The notes beneath the pieces were generated by a model, which worked only from the letters and a program-made list of their open reading frames with translations, was not told where the DNA came from and did not search any database. 64,000 nucleotides of DNA from Oscillospiraceae bacterium (lineage in GTDB: Bacteria; Bacillota; Clostridia; Oscillospirales; CAG-272), in assembly GCA_015063895.1 (NCBI GenBank), contig SVTG01000009.1, positions 4,739 through 68,738 on the forward strand. The letters are read 5' to 3'. This document shows positions 27,081 to 37,089 of this stretch, piece by piece. The translations under genes were made by a program, and so were the position numbers. Within the stretch, counting starts at the first letter, position 1, and every line of letters begins with the position of its first letter.

Positions 27081-28333
27081 CAGCGAACGGTACCGTTTCC
27101 CTTCACCAAATATTTTACGGTCGTCAGCGCGGCAGGCCCCATCGGCCCGCGCGCATGCATTTTTTGTGTAGAGATACCGATCTCCGCACCGAATCCAAAT
27201 TCGCCCCCATCGGTGAAACGCGTAGAGGCGTTATGGTAAACGGCAGCAGCATCTACTCTGCCGAGGAAATATGCGGCAGCGGCCTCATCCTCTGTCATAA
27301 TGGCCTCGCTGTGTCCCGTGCCCGTACGGTTGACCTCCTCAACCGCCTGCTCTACCGAGTCAACGATCTTTACCGACATCACGTAATCGTTAAATTCGGT
27401 ATAAAAATCCTCCTCGGTCGCAAGCTCTGCCTCGGGCAAGAGCGCGCGTGCACGCGGGCACGCACGGAACGACACCTGCCACGGGCGCGTGGCCTCAAAG
27501 AAAGCGGGCAAAAATTTTGCGGCAACAGCGCTATGGCAAAGCAAGCTTTCCGCCGCATTGCACACAGACGGGCGCTGACATTTGGCATTCACGGCAACCG
27601 CCAACGCCTTATCAAGATCAGCAGCAGCATCAACGTAAATATGGCAATTTCCCGCCCCCGTTTCGATCACGGGCACCTTGGCATTATCCACGCAGCTGCG
27701 AATCAATCCCTTGCCGCCGCGCGGGATCAGCACGTCAACAAGGCCGCGCATTGAAAGCAGGGCGGTAGCACTCTCGCGCGAGGTGTCTTCCACCAGACCG
27801 ATCAGATCGGGGGAAAAGCCCTCGTCTGCCACAGCTCTTTTCAACGCCGACACAATGGCGGTATTTGTTAAAATAGCCTCCTTGCCACCGCGCAGAACCA
27901 CGGCGTTACCCGACTTAACGGCAAGTGCCGCCGCATCGGCGGTAACGTTCGGGCGCGCCTCATAGATCATAGCAACCACACCGAAGGGCACAGGCTGCTT
28001 GGTGATCGTAAGACCGTTCGGACGCTCCCATTGCTCGCCACCAACAAGAGGGTCGGGCAGCGAGATCAGCATTTCGATCGCCGCAGAGATGGCCGAAAGA
28101 CGGTCACTGTTCAGCATAAGCCTGTCAAGCATCACACGCGGCACACCGTTTTGGTCGGCAGCGGCAAGATCACGGGCATTGGCGGCGAGAATAGGCTCCT
28201 TTGCCTGTGGCAAGGCCTTTGCCATGGCGGCCAGCAAGCGGCAGCGTGTTGCGTGATCAGCCACACCCAAGGCAGGGGCAGCAGCGCGCACACGGGTGCA
28301 AAGCGCTTTTACGTCCTCAAAAGCTCTATTCAT
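27080..28333 (-). CDS. proA: Glutamate-5-semialdehyde dehydrogenase
   Basis: IYEARPNVT, LRGGKEA, CNAAESLL, NASTRFTDGGEFGFGAEIGISTQKMHARGPMG. Confidence 0.95.
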   Translation of the reverse strand: MNRAFEDVKALCTRVRAAAPALGVADHATRCRLLAAMAKALPQAKEPILAANARDLAAADQNGVPRVMLDRLMLNSDRLSAISAAIEMLISLPDPLVGGEQWERPNGLTITKQPVPFGVVAMIYEARPNVTADAAALAVKSGNAVVLRGGKEAILTNTAIVSALKRAVADEGFSPDLIGLVEDTSRESATALLSMRGLVDVLIPRGGKGLIRSCVDNAKVPVIETGAGNCHIYVDAAADLDKALAVAVNAKCQRPSVCNAAESLLCHSAVAAKFLPAFFEATRPWQVSFRACPRARALLPEAELATEEDFYTEFNDYVMSVKIVDSVEQAVEEVNRTGTGHSEAIMTEDEAAAAYFLGRVDAAAVYHNASTRFTDGGEFGFGAEIGISTQKMHARGPMGPAALTTVKYLVKGNGTVR

Positions 28334-28857
28334 GCTTCTTCCCTTTTCAGCACCTTCTCAATTTCAACAACGTAAACACGGTGAAAATCGTCGGTGGGAT
28401 AATTCTTCAGCAGATCCTTCTCCAAAAAGCCCTCTTTTTTGAGAATATCGGTATAGATCTTGCGGCACAAAACGTTCATACGTGCCTCGGGGATCACAGG
28501 CGCCCCGTCCTCAAAATCCACTGACAGGCCCGTCGCTGCGAATTTATCTACGTCGCGACCGCTCTTCGTGCCGCAAAAGCGCAGTGCCTCGCGATACTTC
28601 TCTTCAAAAAACGAAAGCGTGATTTGTGTCGTCTGCTCGGTAAGCATATACGTATAGCGCTGCGGACGCACAAAAATAAAGGCCACGGGTCTTTTCCACA
28701 AAAAGCCCAAGCACCCCCAAGAGGCCGTCATAGTATTGACGATTTCCTCACCTGCCGCGTTTTTACCCTTCGCGGTGATCAGCATCCAATCCTTGCCGAT
28801 CAGATCAAAAGCACCGTCAAGCTCACCAAGAGAAATTTCAGAAAAATTCTTCATCAC
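28330..28857 (-). CDS. Flavin reductase family protein
   Basis: WMLITA, NTMTASWG, VRPQRYT, GTKSGRDVDK, H near the C-terminus. Confidence 0.85.
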   Translation of the reverse strand: MMKNFSEISLGELDGAFDLIGKDWMLITAKGKNAAGEEIVNTMTASWGCLGFLWKRPVAFIFVRPQRYTYMLTEQTTQITLSFFEEKYREALRFCGTKSGRDVDKFAATGLSVDFEDGAPVIPEARMNVLCRKIYTDILKKEGFLEKDLLKNYPTDDFHRVYVVEIEKVLKREEA

Positions 28858-28974
28858 ACGTCTCCTTTCGCTGCAAGGGAAAATTGACCCTTGACAGAAC
28901 CGTAAAAAAGATTACAATAAAAAGTGAAACGAAAAAGCCGCCGTAAAGGCGGCAGCTTTTCGGATCTGCCGAGA

Positions 28975-29223
28975 TCAGGCCTGCTCGGTTGCGGCGTCTT
29001 CGGCAGGTGCCTCCTCGTCGGGGGCGTCGGTCATCTCTTCCTCGTATTCGAGGGCCTCGTCAAATTCGGGATAATCCTCCAGCTCTGCGGGCTCCTCATA
29101 TACCGTACAGAAGGAAATCAGATTGCGGATCAAGCGGTACAGCACAAAAGCAATTGCGCAGGACGCCGTAACGATAGACAACGTGATGGCAATGATCTTG
29201 CCGTAATTGGTTTTACGTTCCAT
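28975..29223 (-). CDS. Small acidic membrane-anchored hypothetical protein
   Basis: AAGGAGG RBS, N-terminal TM, Glu/Asp-rich tail. Confidence 0.6.
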   Translation of the reverse strand: MERKTNYGKIIAITLSIVTASCAIAFVLYRLIRNLISFCTVYEEPAELEDYPEFDEALEYEEEMTDAPDEEAPAEDAATEQA

Positions 29224-29324
29224 GGTAATACCTCCTTATGTGGTAGCCAAACGGCTAACTGATTTTATTATACTATAAAACTTGGCAAAATACAAGAGCA
29301 AATTCAAATTTGAAGGACAAACAA

Positions 29325-30104
29325 ATGAATTTTGAAGCAGTCAAAAAAAGATTATGCGCCGCAGGCATAGAAAATGCCACAGGAGAAGCCGCTATGCTGT
29401 GCGAAGTATTTAAAGAGGCAGAGCTTGAAGCAGCGGTAACACGGCGATGCCACCATTACCCCTTGCAATACATTCTCGGGAAATGGGCCTTTTATCGCGA
29501 AGAATACGAGGTAAACGAAAACTGCCTGATCCCCCGTTCCGACACCGAGATTTTGGTAGACTTGGCCATCCATATGCTGCCAAACGGGGCGCGTTTTCTT
29601 GATATTTGTACAGGTAGCGGCTGTATTGCCGTATCTACCCTGAAAAACCGCACCGATACCGTGGGGATCGGCATTGATCTGTTCAAAGAAACCCTAGCCT
29701 TAGCCACCAAAAACGCAGCCTCAAACGGTGTAGCCGACCGCTTTACACCGCTTTTGGCAGATGCCACAAAAGCACCTCCCACAATGCTTTCCGCTTATGC
29801 CTTTGACGCTATTTTATCCAACCCCCCCTATATTGAAAGCAAGGTGCTATCCACCCTGCAGGAGGAAGTAAAATTTGAACCTCACGCCGCACTTGACGGT
29901 GGCGCGGACGGACTGCTGTTTTACCGTCTGATCCTGAAAAACTGGGGGCACTTATTAAAAAAAGACGGCTTTATTTTATTTGAGATCGGCTACGATCAAG
30001 CCGCTGCCTTGCAAACGATATCGGCGCAATACGGCTATACCTGTACTGTAAAAAAGGACCTTGGCGGTCATGACCGTGTATGTATTCTGCATTCTACCAA
30101 ATAA
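29325..30104 (+). CDS. prmC: Release factor glutamine methyltransferase
   Basis: PLQYILG, LIPRSDTE, DICTGSGCIA, SNPPYI, ALDGGADGL, EIGYDQ. Confidence 0.92.
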   Translation: MNFEAVKKRLCAAGIENATGEAAMLCEVFKEAELEAAVTRRCHHYPLQYILGKWAFYREEYEVNENCLIPRSDTEILVDLAIHMLPNGARFLDICTGSGCIAVSTLKNRTDTVGIGIDLFKETLALATKNAASNGVADRFTPLLADATKAPPTMLSAYAFDAILSNPPYIESKVLSTLQEEVKFEPHAALDGGADGLLFYRLILKNWGHLLKKDGFILFEIGYDQAAALQTISAQYGYTCTVKKDLGGHDRVCILHSTK

Positions 30105-30137
30105 AAAAACCCACCGCCGAAGCGGTGGGTTATTTTT
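30103..30137. terminator. Bidirectional terminator
   Basis: AACCCACCGC-CGAA-GCGGTGGGTT with A/T tracts. Confidence 0.7.
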
Positions 30138-30138
30138 A

Positions 30139-31821
30139 TTAACCGTTCTTTACCAGGTCAAGACCTGCTACGAAGGTAGCAAGGTTGGTGGTCATACGGC
30201 CGAGGTTAGCCTCAGTTACGGTTGCCCAAGAGGTACCCGTAAGAGCTGCAGAGGATGCCAAGCTATCCATCTGAATAGTCTCATCAACCTTACCGGAAAG
30301 CTGAGAACCGAAGATACGGCCCATATCGAACTCGATAGACTGACGAATGATTTCGCACATGTCCGCCTCGCACTGCGTGGGAGAGGACTTCAGCTTCATG
30401 TTAAGCTCGAAGATAACGGGGGTAGTCTTGCGGAATGCCTCAGATGCCCAGCACTCAAGTACTGCGGTCAGCATAGAGTCTGTAGCAGCTGCGTCGCCAC
30501 GCTCGGAACGGCCGCGGAATACGGAGTAGATAGAGAACTCGTTACCGATAACGGTGTAGTAGTTCTTCTGAGCGGTGTCATACTTCGGAACGGGAAGGAT
30601 ACCGTAGTTCTCAACTTTATCGTTGTTCATCAGGTAGTCCTCTGCCATACGCATGTAGTATACGGAGAAGTATGATTTACCGTTGTTGAAGGGCTGGAAG
30701 TAGGTCTTGCCCGTCGTAGTATCAGTGTGATAGTTGGTGGTACGAAGGAGCTTAGACAGCTTAGCGATCAGCTTAACGGTCTTATTGGAAGTCCAGTCAT
30801 CAGAGATCTTCAGGGTGGTGTTCACGTCATTTTCGATCATGCGCAGGTTAGCACCGCCGTAAAGAGCCGTCATACAGTAGTTAATGGAGCAAAGACCGAA
30901 GGTATCGTCAACGGTTACACCGTCAGACTTAGTATCAACATAGGTATTAGAGCAAAGCTCAATGAAGTCATCAAGCACCCACTTGCCTGCGTATGCCTTC
31001 TCGTAAAGCATGTTGGTAGCGGTATCACCGCCCTCATCTTCGCCGGCTTCGGGGGTCATCTTGTGTGCGTTTGCAGAGAAGTACTCGCTTGCCATTTCCT
31101 CGTACTGCTTGTTAACAAGGTCCTTGTTAAAGTAAATGCAGTGCATCTGGTCGATGGCGTTGGTGGAGATATCACCGGAAACGTAGTACAGGTTGTTAAT
31201 GCCTGCATGGTAGATACCAAGGTTACCTGCAATGTTTGCGGGCCACCAGGGCTTGGACTCGGTTCTGCCGTTAATGCCCTTGGCGGAGATGTAGTTGTTC
31301 TCGATCTTAGTCAGGTTTACAAGGTAGCCTGCCGTCAGCATAGCACCCTGAGAACGGGAGTAAGCGCCGATCAGGTCAAAGTCATTGGTGCCTGCATCAT
31401 AGGAACGCTTAACGCGTGCTACGAAGGTGTTCATCGAACCGGAGTCACCTGCCTCAGCGGTGAACACAAGCTCAACACCAAGACGGTCCATGATAGCCTC
31501 GTTACGCTTATAGATAGAGGAAAGACGTGCATCGTCAACCTCTTCTACCTGAACGAACTCAGCCTTAACGGTGCTTTCACCGGTCCAGTAAAGGAACGAA
31601 ATAGGCTCGTCGTCGTAGTCAAGCTCTTCGTCAGGCAGGTCGTCGTATTCACGCCACGTGCCCCACTCGTCTTTTGCCCATCTAACACCGTTTTCGTCGG
31701 TCTTGATTTCTACCTCATTTTTTCTCTTCTTCTTGCTGTTGTTGTCCTTGCATGCTACAAGAGCAAACATGCAGAACAGGCAAGCCAAGATGAGGCAGAG
31801 TACACGTACAAAAATCTTCAT
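30139..31821 (-). CDS. Orphan extracellular solute-binding lipoprotein (family 1-like)
   Basis: Lipobox LVAC; IYKRN..LGVEL, YFNKDL, GKWVLD, YGILPVPKYD. Confidence 0.7.
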   Translation of the reverse strand: MKIFVRVLCLILACLFCMFALVACKDNNSKKKRKNEVEIKTDENGVRWAKDEWGTWREYDDLPDEELDYDDEPISFLYWTGESTVKAEFVQVEEVDDARLSSIYKRNEAIMDRLGVELVFTAEAGDSGSMNTFVARVKRSYDAGTNDFDLIGAYSRSQGAMLTAGYLVNLTKIENNYISAKGINGRTESKPWWPANIAGNLGIYHAGINNLYYVSGDISTNAIDQMHCIYFNKDLVNKQYEEMASEYFSANAHKMTPEAGEDEGGDTATNMLYEKAYAGKWVLDDFIELCSNTYVDTKSDGVTVDDTFGLCSINYCMTALYGGANLRMIENDVNTTLKISDDWTSNKTVKLIAKLSKLLRTTNYHTDTTTGKTYFQPFNNGKSYFSVYYMRMAEDYLMNNDKVENYGILPVPKYDTAQKNYYTVIGNEFSIYSVFRGRSERGDAAATDSMLTAVLECWASEAFRKTTPVIFELNMKLKSSPTQCEADMCEIIRQSIEFDMGRIFGSQLSGKVDETIQMDSLASSAALTGTSWATVTEANLGRMTTNLATFVAGLDLVKNG

Positions 31822-32140
31822 TGTTCTCTGCTCCCACTAAAAGTGGGAACTCCCTCCTTTTGCATTTTTTTAGAGTTTGGGTATAGAGTTCCTTTGAATT
31901 ATAGCAAATTTTTCTTTCCTTGTCAAGCCTATTTGTTGGAAAATATCAAACTTTTTTGTTCACAAACCTATCACATTCAGCAATTATCACCAAGAACGCG
32001 TGCCGCAATTTGTTACTATAATATATACGCGCAACGCGCACGCGCGCTAACGGCAAAAAAAGAGCGGCACGCGGCAGGTGATCTGCACCGCTCGCGTACC
32101 GCCCCCAAAAAAGCCCTCTCCCTTCACTGCAAAAGCGCTA

Positions 32141-33967
32141 TCAAACCAATTTTACACCGTAATGCTCAAACCAGAAATCCAGCTGGCAAAGCCAGGCGAT
32201 CAGCTGTGGTCGCGCCATCAGCTGCCCGAACCACGTGCTGTTCTCGCCTGCAAGCAACGCCTCAAGGCGCCGCACGTCAAGAAAGCTCCGCAAAAAGCCG
32301 TCACGGGAAAGATGGCGCACCAGCATCTCGCGCACCAGCACCTCATATTGCGGGTTATGCGTTTTGGGATAGGGACTTTTCTTACGCCAGAGCACACGCT
32401 CGGGCAGATAATCAGCCATCGCACGGCGCAAAAGCGCCTTTTCGGTGCCCCCCTCAAACTTGATCTCCCACGGCACATCAAACACATACTCAAGAATACG
32501 GTGATCGGCAAAGGGCACGCGCACCTCCACGGCTTCGTGCATGCTCATACGATCCTTACGCTCGAGCAAATTTGCCATAAAATAGCGCACGGAGAGCCAC
32601 GTTGCACGGCGGGAAAGACGCATGCTGTCGCTTTCCCCCTCCACCACGGGGCACCCGTCAAGCGAGGCGCGAAACGCCGCCTGCATATAGGCAAGGCCCT
32701 CTTGCGCGCGCACCGCCTTTTGATCAAAGAGACCCACACGCACCTCGGGATCGTGCACCCACGGAAAGAACTCACGCGAAAGCATTTCGGGGCGATAAAA
32801 CCAAGGGTATCCCCCAAAGATCTCATCAGAGCATTCGCCCGAAAGCACCACGGTGTGCCTTTTCTTGATCTCGCCGCAATAGTAGATCAGTGAAGAATCG
32901 ATATCCGCCTGCCCCGGCAGATCGCGCGCCAGCGTCGCCTCGTAGAGTCTGGCCGCCACGATCTCGGTGGGGGCGGTGAGGACTGTGTGCTGCGTGCCAA
33001 GCTGCGCAGCAAGATCGGCCGCGTAGGCATCATCGCCCGTCGGTTGAAACAGCGTGGAAGCAAAGCTTTCACGGTTGCCCTCGTATTCAAACGAATACGT
33101 AGACAGCGTTTTCCCGTGGCTTGACAGCTCCTTGGCGGCAATCGCGGACAGCGAGGAGGAATCCAGTCCACCCGACAGCAGCACGGCAAGGGGCACGTCG
33201 CTGTCAAGCTGCCGCACGGTGGCATCAACCAGCAGCTCGCGCACGCGCGCGGCGGCAGTCGCGGCATCGTCGTGGCAGACGGCGGCCTTTAACTGCCAAT
33301 ACGGTCTTGCAGAAAAGCCCTCCCGTGAGAGCGTGGCGGAATACCCCGGCAAAAGGGGCTTGACGTGGCGGAAAACACTTTGATGCGGCAGAGTAACAGG
33401 GGCGAGGTACAGCAGCTGCCAAAGCCCAACCTCATCGATCTCAGCAGGGATCTCACTATGCGAGAGTAATGCCTTTATCTCAGAGGCAAAATAGAATTTA
33501 GTGCCCATCTGTGCATAAAAAAGCGGCTTTACACCCAAGCGATCGCGCGCAAAAAACACCGTATTATCGCTTTCATTATGCACGGCGAAGGCAAAGATGC
33601 CGTTTAAATACGTAGGCGCCCTCTCCCCAAAAATAATATAAGTCCACAGCACGGTTTCGGTGTCACACGCGGTAAAAAACACCGCCCCGTGCTTTTTGAG
33701 CTCCGTGCGCAGCTCGGCGGCATTATAGATCTCACCGTTATATACAATGGTATAACGCTTGCGCCGAAACAGCGCGCTCATCGGTTGCTTGCCACCGGCC
33801 GGATCCATCACCGCCAGGCGGTTGTGATAAAAGCAAACACCACCCGTCATATGCAGACCGCTGGCGTCCGGCCCACGTCGCGCCATTGTTTTGCCTGCTA
33901 CGATCACCGCGGCCTTGTCAACGCTTTTCGGGTTTTCAAAATCTATACACCCGTTAATAGAACACAT
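32141..33967 (-). CDS. asnB: Asparagine synthase (glutamine-hydrolysing), AsnO-like
   Basis: MCSING (Cys2), RRGPD, NGEIYN, RDRLGVKP, LSGGLDSS, SGECSDEIFGGY, EVRVPF. Confidence 0.9.
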   Translation of the reverse strand: MCSINGCIDFENPKSVDKAAVIVAGKTMARRGPDASGLHMTGGVCFYHNRLAVMDPAGGKQPMSALFRRKRYTIVYNGEIYNAAELRTELKKHGAVFFTACDTETVLWTYIIFGERAPTYLNGIFAFAVHNESDNTVFFARDRLGVKPLFYAQMGTKFYFASEIKALLSHSEIPAEIDEVGLWQLLYLAPVTLPHQSVFRHVKPLLPGYSATLSREGFSARPYWQLKAAVCHDDAATAAARVRELLVDATVRQLDSDVPLAVLLSGGLDSSSLSAIAAKELSSHGKTLSTYSFEYEGNRESFASTLFQPTGDDAYAADLAAQLGTQHTVLTAPTEIVAARLYEATLARDLPGQADIDSSLIYYCGEIKKRHTVVLSGECSDEIFGGYPWFYRPEMLSREFFPWVHDPEVRVGLFDQKAVRAQEGLAYMQAAFRASLDGCPVVEGESDSMRLSRRATWLSVRYFMANLLERKDRMSMHEAVEVRVPFADHRILEYVFDVPWEIKFEGGTEKALLRRAMADYLPERVLWRKKSPYPKTHNPQYEVLVREMLVRHLSRDGFLRSFLDVRRLEALLAGENSTWFGQLMARPQLIAWLCQLDFWFEHYGVKLV

Positions 33968-34049
33968 AAGCCTCACCTCGTTATATCGTATGAGCCACGG
34001 TGACACGCGGTGCATATTCTGATAATGAGCCCGCGAAAGGAGTACTTTT

Positions 34050-34127
34050 ATGAAGATCGTATTGATGAAATCCCCGGGGATCCTGGCGCCGCTTCTGCGC
34101 AAAATCTTCCATATCCGCAAAAAATAA
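34050..34127 (+). CDS. spoVM: Stage V sporulation protein SpoVM (25 aa)
   Basis: AAAGGAG RBS; MKIVLMKSPGILAPLLRKIFHIRKK with Pro9 and an amphipathic helix; next to thiN; CATATTCT -10 box upstream; terminator downstream. Confidence 0.75.
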   Translation: MKIVLMKSPGILAPLLRKIFHIRKK

Positions 34128-34213
34128 TAAAAGCCACCCGCCGGCGGGTGGCTTTCGAGCTGCAAAAAGCGCCTCCACATAGCGTGGAGGCGCTTTTTGC
34201 CATTTTCTTGCTT

Positions 34214-34834
34214 TTATTTGCTTTCGATCAGATATATAGCACCCTTTCGCACCTCAACCAACGCGCAGTTGCCCGTGATCTCGTTACTCACGGCATATCC
34301 GCATTCGCGCGTAAGACGCGCGTTCTTAAGGGGATATTTGCAGCCGTCTACCGTTACCCCCTTCACCACCTCGTCAACGGCGAGCAGCGAGAGATACGTA
34401 AACGCACTGCGCGCGATCAGCGCCCCCGTATTTTTCAAATACCGCACACGGTTAAAGCCGTCGGTGATCACCGCGTGCACACGCTTTTTTGCCAAGTATT
34501 CAAGCACACTAAGGTTTGAAAAGGTATGGTCAAGGCGGCCGGAAAGCCCACCGATGATCACGATATCATCCGCGCCGCGCGACAGCGCAAGATCCACGGC
34601 CAGCTGCGTGTCGGTGCGGTCCTTTTCGGCAGGCACCTGCAAGATCTCCTCAGCCTCGGGCAAGGGGCCGTTACCGATAGAATCAAAATCACCCAAAAGG
34701 ACTCGGGGCAGCACGTCAAGGCGCCGCGCGTTATGCCAGCCGCTGTCAGCAGCAATGGTAAGAACGCCGTCGTCGGGGCGCTCCGAAATGGCAGTGGGAT
34801 CGATCTCACCGCCCACGTATATGTAGGCCTTCAT
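34214..34834 (-). CDS. thiN: Thiamine diphosphokinase
   Basis: IAADSG, GDFDS, EKDRTDT, GRLDH, VSNE. Confidence 0.92.
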   Translation of the reverse strand: MKAYIYVGGEIDPTAISERPDDGVLTIAADSGWHNARRLDVLPRVLLGDFDSIGNGPLPEAEEILQVPAEKDRTDTQLAVDLALSRGADDIVIIGGLSGRLDHTFSNLSVLEYLAKKRVHAVITDGFNRVRYLKNTGALIARSAFTYLSLLAVDEVVKGVTVDGCKYPLKNARLTRECGYAVSNEITGNCALVEVRKGAIYLIESK

Positions 34835-35805
34835 TATTTTTTGCTCCAATCGTTTTTGTTCTTCAATTCCTCATACATCGCAAGAAACCCCTTGTGACGG
34901 GAGGGGGCGATCCTCCCCTCGCGCACCGCCTCAAGGATAGCGCAGCCCTGCTCCTTCGTGTGTGTGCACTTGGTATAGCGGCACGCACCGATATAGGGCT
35001 CAAATTCGCGCATAGCCAAGGGCAGATCCTCACGGCGGAAAAAGTCGAAGCGCACGAAATCCAGCATACTGAAGCCGGGGGTGTCAGCAATGTACCCCTC
35101 CCCCACAGGATACAGCTCCACGCGACGCGTGGTGTGCTTGCCGCGTGCGATCTTTTGACTGATCTCACCCGTCTCAAGTCCAAGACGCGGATACAGCGCA
35201 TTCATCAGCGTAGATTTCCCAACACCGGAGGCGCCCGAAAAGGCGGCGATACGCGTGCCGAGATTTTCAGAGATCCACGCGCGGAGCGCATCTATCCCGG
35301 TAGCCTCCACCGAGGACAGGCAAAACACGGTAAAGCCTGCTTTTTCATAAATTTCCTTTAATTCGTCGGCGCGCACAGGATCAACGTCACGCTTGCAAAT
35401 GACGGGAACGGGCTCAATGCCGTTGTGCTCGGCAATAGCGATCAGCTTATCGATCGTTTCGGTAACGGGCGCCGGCTGCGCCGCCGCAAAGGTGATAAAG
35501 AGCACACCGAGATTTGCCATCGGGGGTCTGATCAGAGCACTGCTGCGCGGCAAGATCTCCGCAATCACAACGCCACCCCCGTCATCGCCCTTCACCGCCT
35601 CGGCAGTATAGCGCGCCACGGCCGTTTCGTCATAGCGCACACGCACACGATCACCCACCAGGGGCGAGAGACCCGCATGGCGGAAATTACCCTTAGCGCG
35701 CGAGCAAACGGTTTTACCCGAAAGCGGTGTCGTGCCATGATCCAATTTTATTTCGTAAAGACCGCCAAGCCCGCGAAGCAGGCAACCGTTTTCCTCGTAT
35801 TGCAT
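34834..35805 (-). CDS. rsgA: Ribosome small subunit-dependent GTPase A
   Basis: VGDRV, GASGVGKS, GKHTT, DTPGF, CxxxxCxHxxExxC. Confidence 0.95.
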   Translation of the reverse strand: MQYEENGCLLRGLGGLYEIKLDHGTTPLSGKTVCSRAKGNFRHAGLSPLVGDRVRVRYDETAVARYTAEAVKGDDGGGVVIAEILPRSSALIRPPMANLGVLFITFAAAQPAPVTETIDKLIAIAEHNGIEPVPVICKRDVDPVRADELKEIYEKAGFTVFCLSSVEATGIDALRAWISENLGTRIAAFSGASGVGKSTLMNALYPRLGLETGEISQKIARGKHTTRRVELYPVGEGYIADTPGFSMLDFVRFDFFRREDLPLAMREFEPYIGACRYTKCTHTKEQGCAILEAVREGRIAPSRHKGFLAMYEELKNKNDWSKK

Positions 35806-35817
35806 AAAGCTTCCCTT

Positions 35818-35964
35818 CTAAAAGATAAATGCCAGCACGCTGCCGAGCAGACCTGTTACAAACAGTGCCACCACAATAGCAAAGATCAGCAAAAACAGCG
35901 CCAGCAAATTTGCCACCGCAAGACGTTTTAGCGTCACACGGGGCTTTTTCTTTTGATTTTTCAA
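35818..35964 (-). CDS. Small basic single-TM protein (48 aa)
   Basis: GGAGG RBS plus TTG; KNQKKKPR followed by a long hydrophobic stretch. Confidence 0.5.
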   Translation of the reverse strand: MKNQKKKPRVTLKRLAVANLLALFLLIFAIVVALFVTGLLGSVLAFIF

Positions 35965-36012
35965 AGCAAAACACCTCCAAGCACACTCGTAGTATGCCCG
36001 CAACGTGGGGGT

Positions 36013-37086
36013 TTATTGCTTATTTTCTTCCCTTTCCTTACATTCCGCACGGCGCAGCTGACCGCACGAGGCGTTGATATCAGCACCCAGCTTGCGGCGC
36101 ACAGTCGCACGAATGCCATTCTCCTCAAGCACAGCGGCAAAGCGAGATACCGCCTGCTTGCCCGCACGCTGAAAGCCGCTTTCCTCCACCTCGTTCACGG
36201 GAATCAGATTGACGTGGATCGGCATCGTTTCGGTGCGCGTGCGCAAGCTGCGATTGAGCAGGACCGCCAAACGCCTTGCCGCATCGGTGCTATCGTTTTT
36301 CCCTGCGATCAGCGTATATTCAAACGAAAGGCGTCTGCCTGTTTTTTGATAATAACGGCGGCAGGCGGCCAGCAGCTCGGCGATCGGGTAACGGCGATTG
36401 ATGGGCATGATCGCAGTACGCGTTTCGTCGTCTGCGGCGTGCAATGAAATGGAAAGCGTGATCGGAAGGTTGTGTTCGGCCAAGCGATCGATCTGCGGCA
36501 CAAGGCCGCAGGTGGAGAGTGAAATATGGCGATAGCCGATATTCTGCCCCTCGGCGTGGTTGACAAGCTCCAAAAATTTGATCACATTGTCAAAATTATC
36601 CAACGGCTCGCCAATGCCCATCATCACGATGCCGCCGATGCGCTCACCACTGTCCTTGGCAGCTGCGATCACCTGTCCGAGTAATTCGGAGGCACTCAGA
36701 TTTCGCACGCGTCCACCGATGGTGGACGCGCAGAATTTGCACCCCATAGCGCACCCAACCTGTGAGGAGATGCAAATGGTGGTGCCGTGCTCGTAGTGCA
36801 TCAACACACTTTCCACGCACTGACCGTCCGAGAGCTCAAACAAATACTTGATCGTGCCGTCAATGGCAGACACCAGCTTTTTGCGCACGTGCGGCAGATG
36901 ATACGTGGATACGGCGAACAGCTTTTCCCACGTTTTTTTGCCAACGTTGGTGATCTCCTCCGGTGTGCGCCCTGCGTGCAGCTGTGAAAAAAGCTGAGCG
37001 GCGCGGTAGCGCGGCTCACCCAAGCTCTCAAGCAACGCGCCAAGCTCCTCCTTGTCAAGAGAAAGCAATTCCTTTTTTTCTTCCAT
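36013..37086 (-). CDS. rlmN: 23S rRNA m2A2503 methyltransferase
   Basis: CISSQVGCAMGCKFC, MGIGEPL, ISLH, VNLIP, ASCGQL. Confidence 0.95.
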   Translation of the reverse strand: MEEKKELLSLDKEELGALLESLGEPRYRAAQLFSQLHAGRTPEEITNVGKKTWEKLFAVSTYHLPHVRKKLVSAIDGTIKYLFELSDGQCVESVLMHYEHGTTICISSQVGCAMGCKFCASTIGGRVRNLSASELLGQVIAAAKDSGERIGGIVMMGIGEPLDNFDNVIKFLELVNHAEGQNIGYRHISLSTCGLVPQIDRLAEHNLPITLSISLHAADDETRTAIMPINRRYPIAELLAACRRYYQKTGRRLSFEYTLIAGKNDSTDAARRLAVLLNRSLRTRTETMPIHVNLIPVNEVEESGFQRAGKQAVSRFAAVLEENGIRATVRRKLGADINASCGQLRRAECKEREENKQ

Positions 37087-37089
37087 AGC

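Noticed and set aside
32141-33967. Lasso-peptide cyclase with the 25-aa ORF as precursor
   Set aside because: The protein has an intact Cys2 glutaminase domain, there is no B protein/RRE, and the peptide fits SpoVM.
33968-34180. N-terminal extension of asnB given in the ORF track (similar extensions for def, ddl, cotJA and others)
   Set aside because: RBS positions and family N-termini support the downstream starts; the asnB extension overlaps spoVM.
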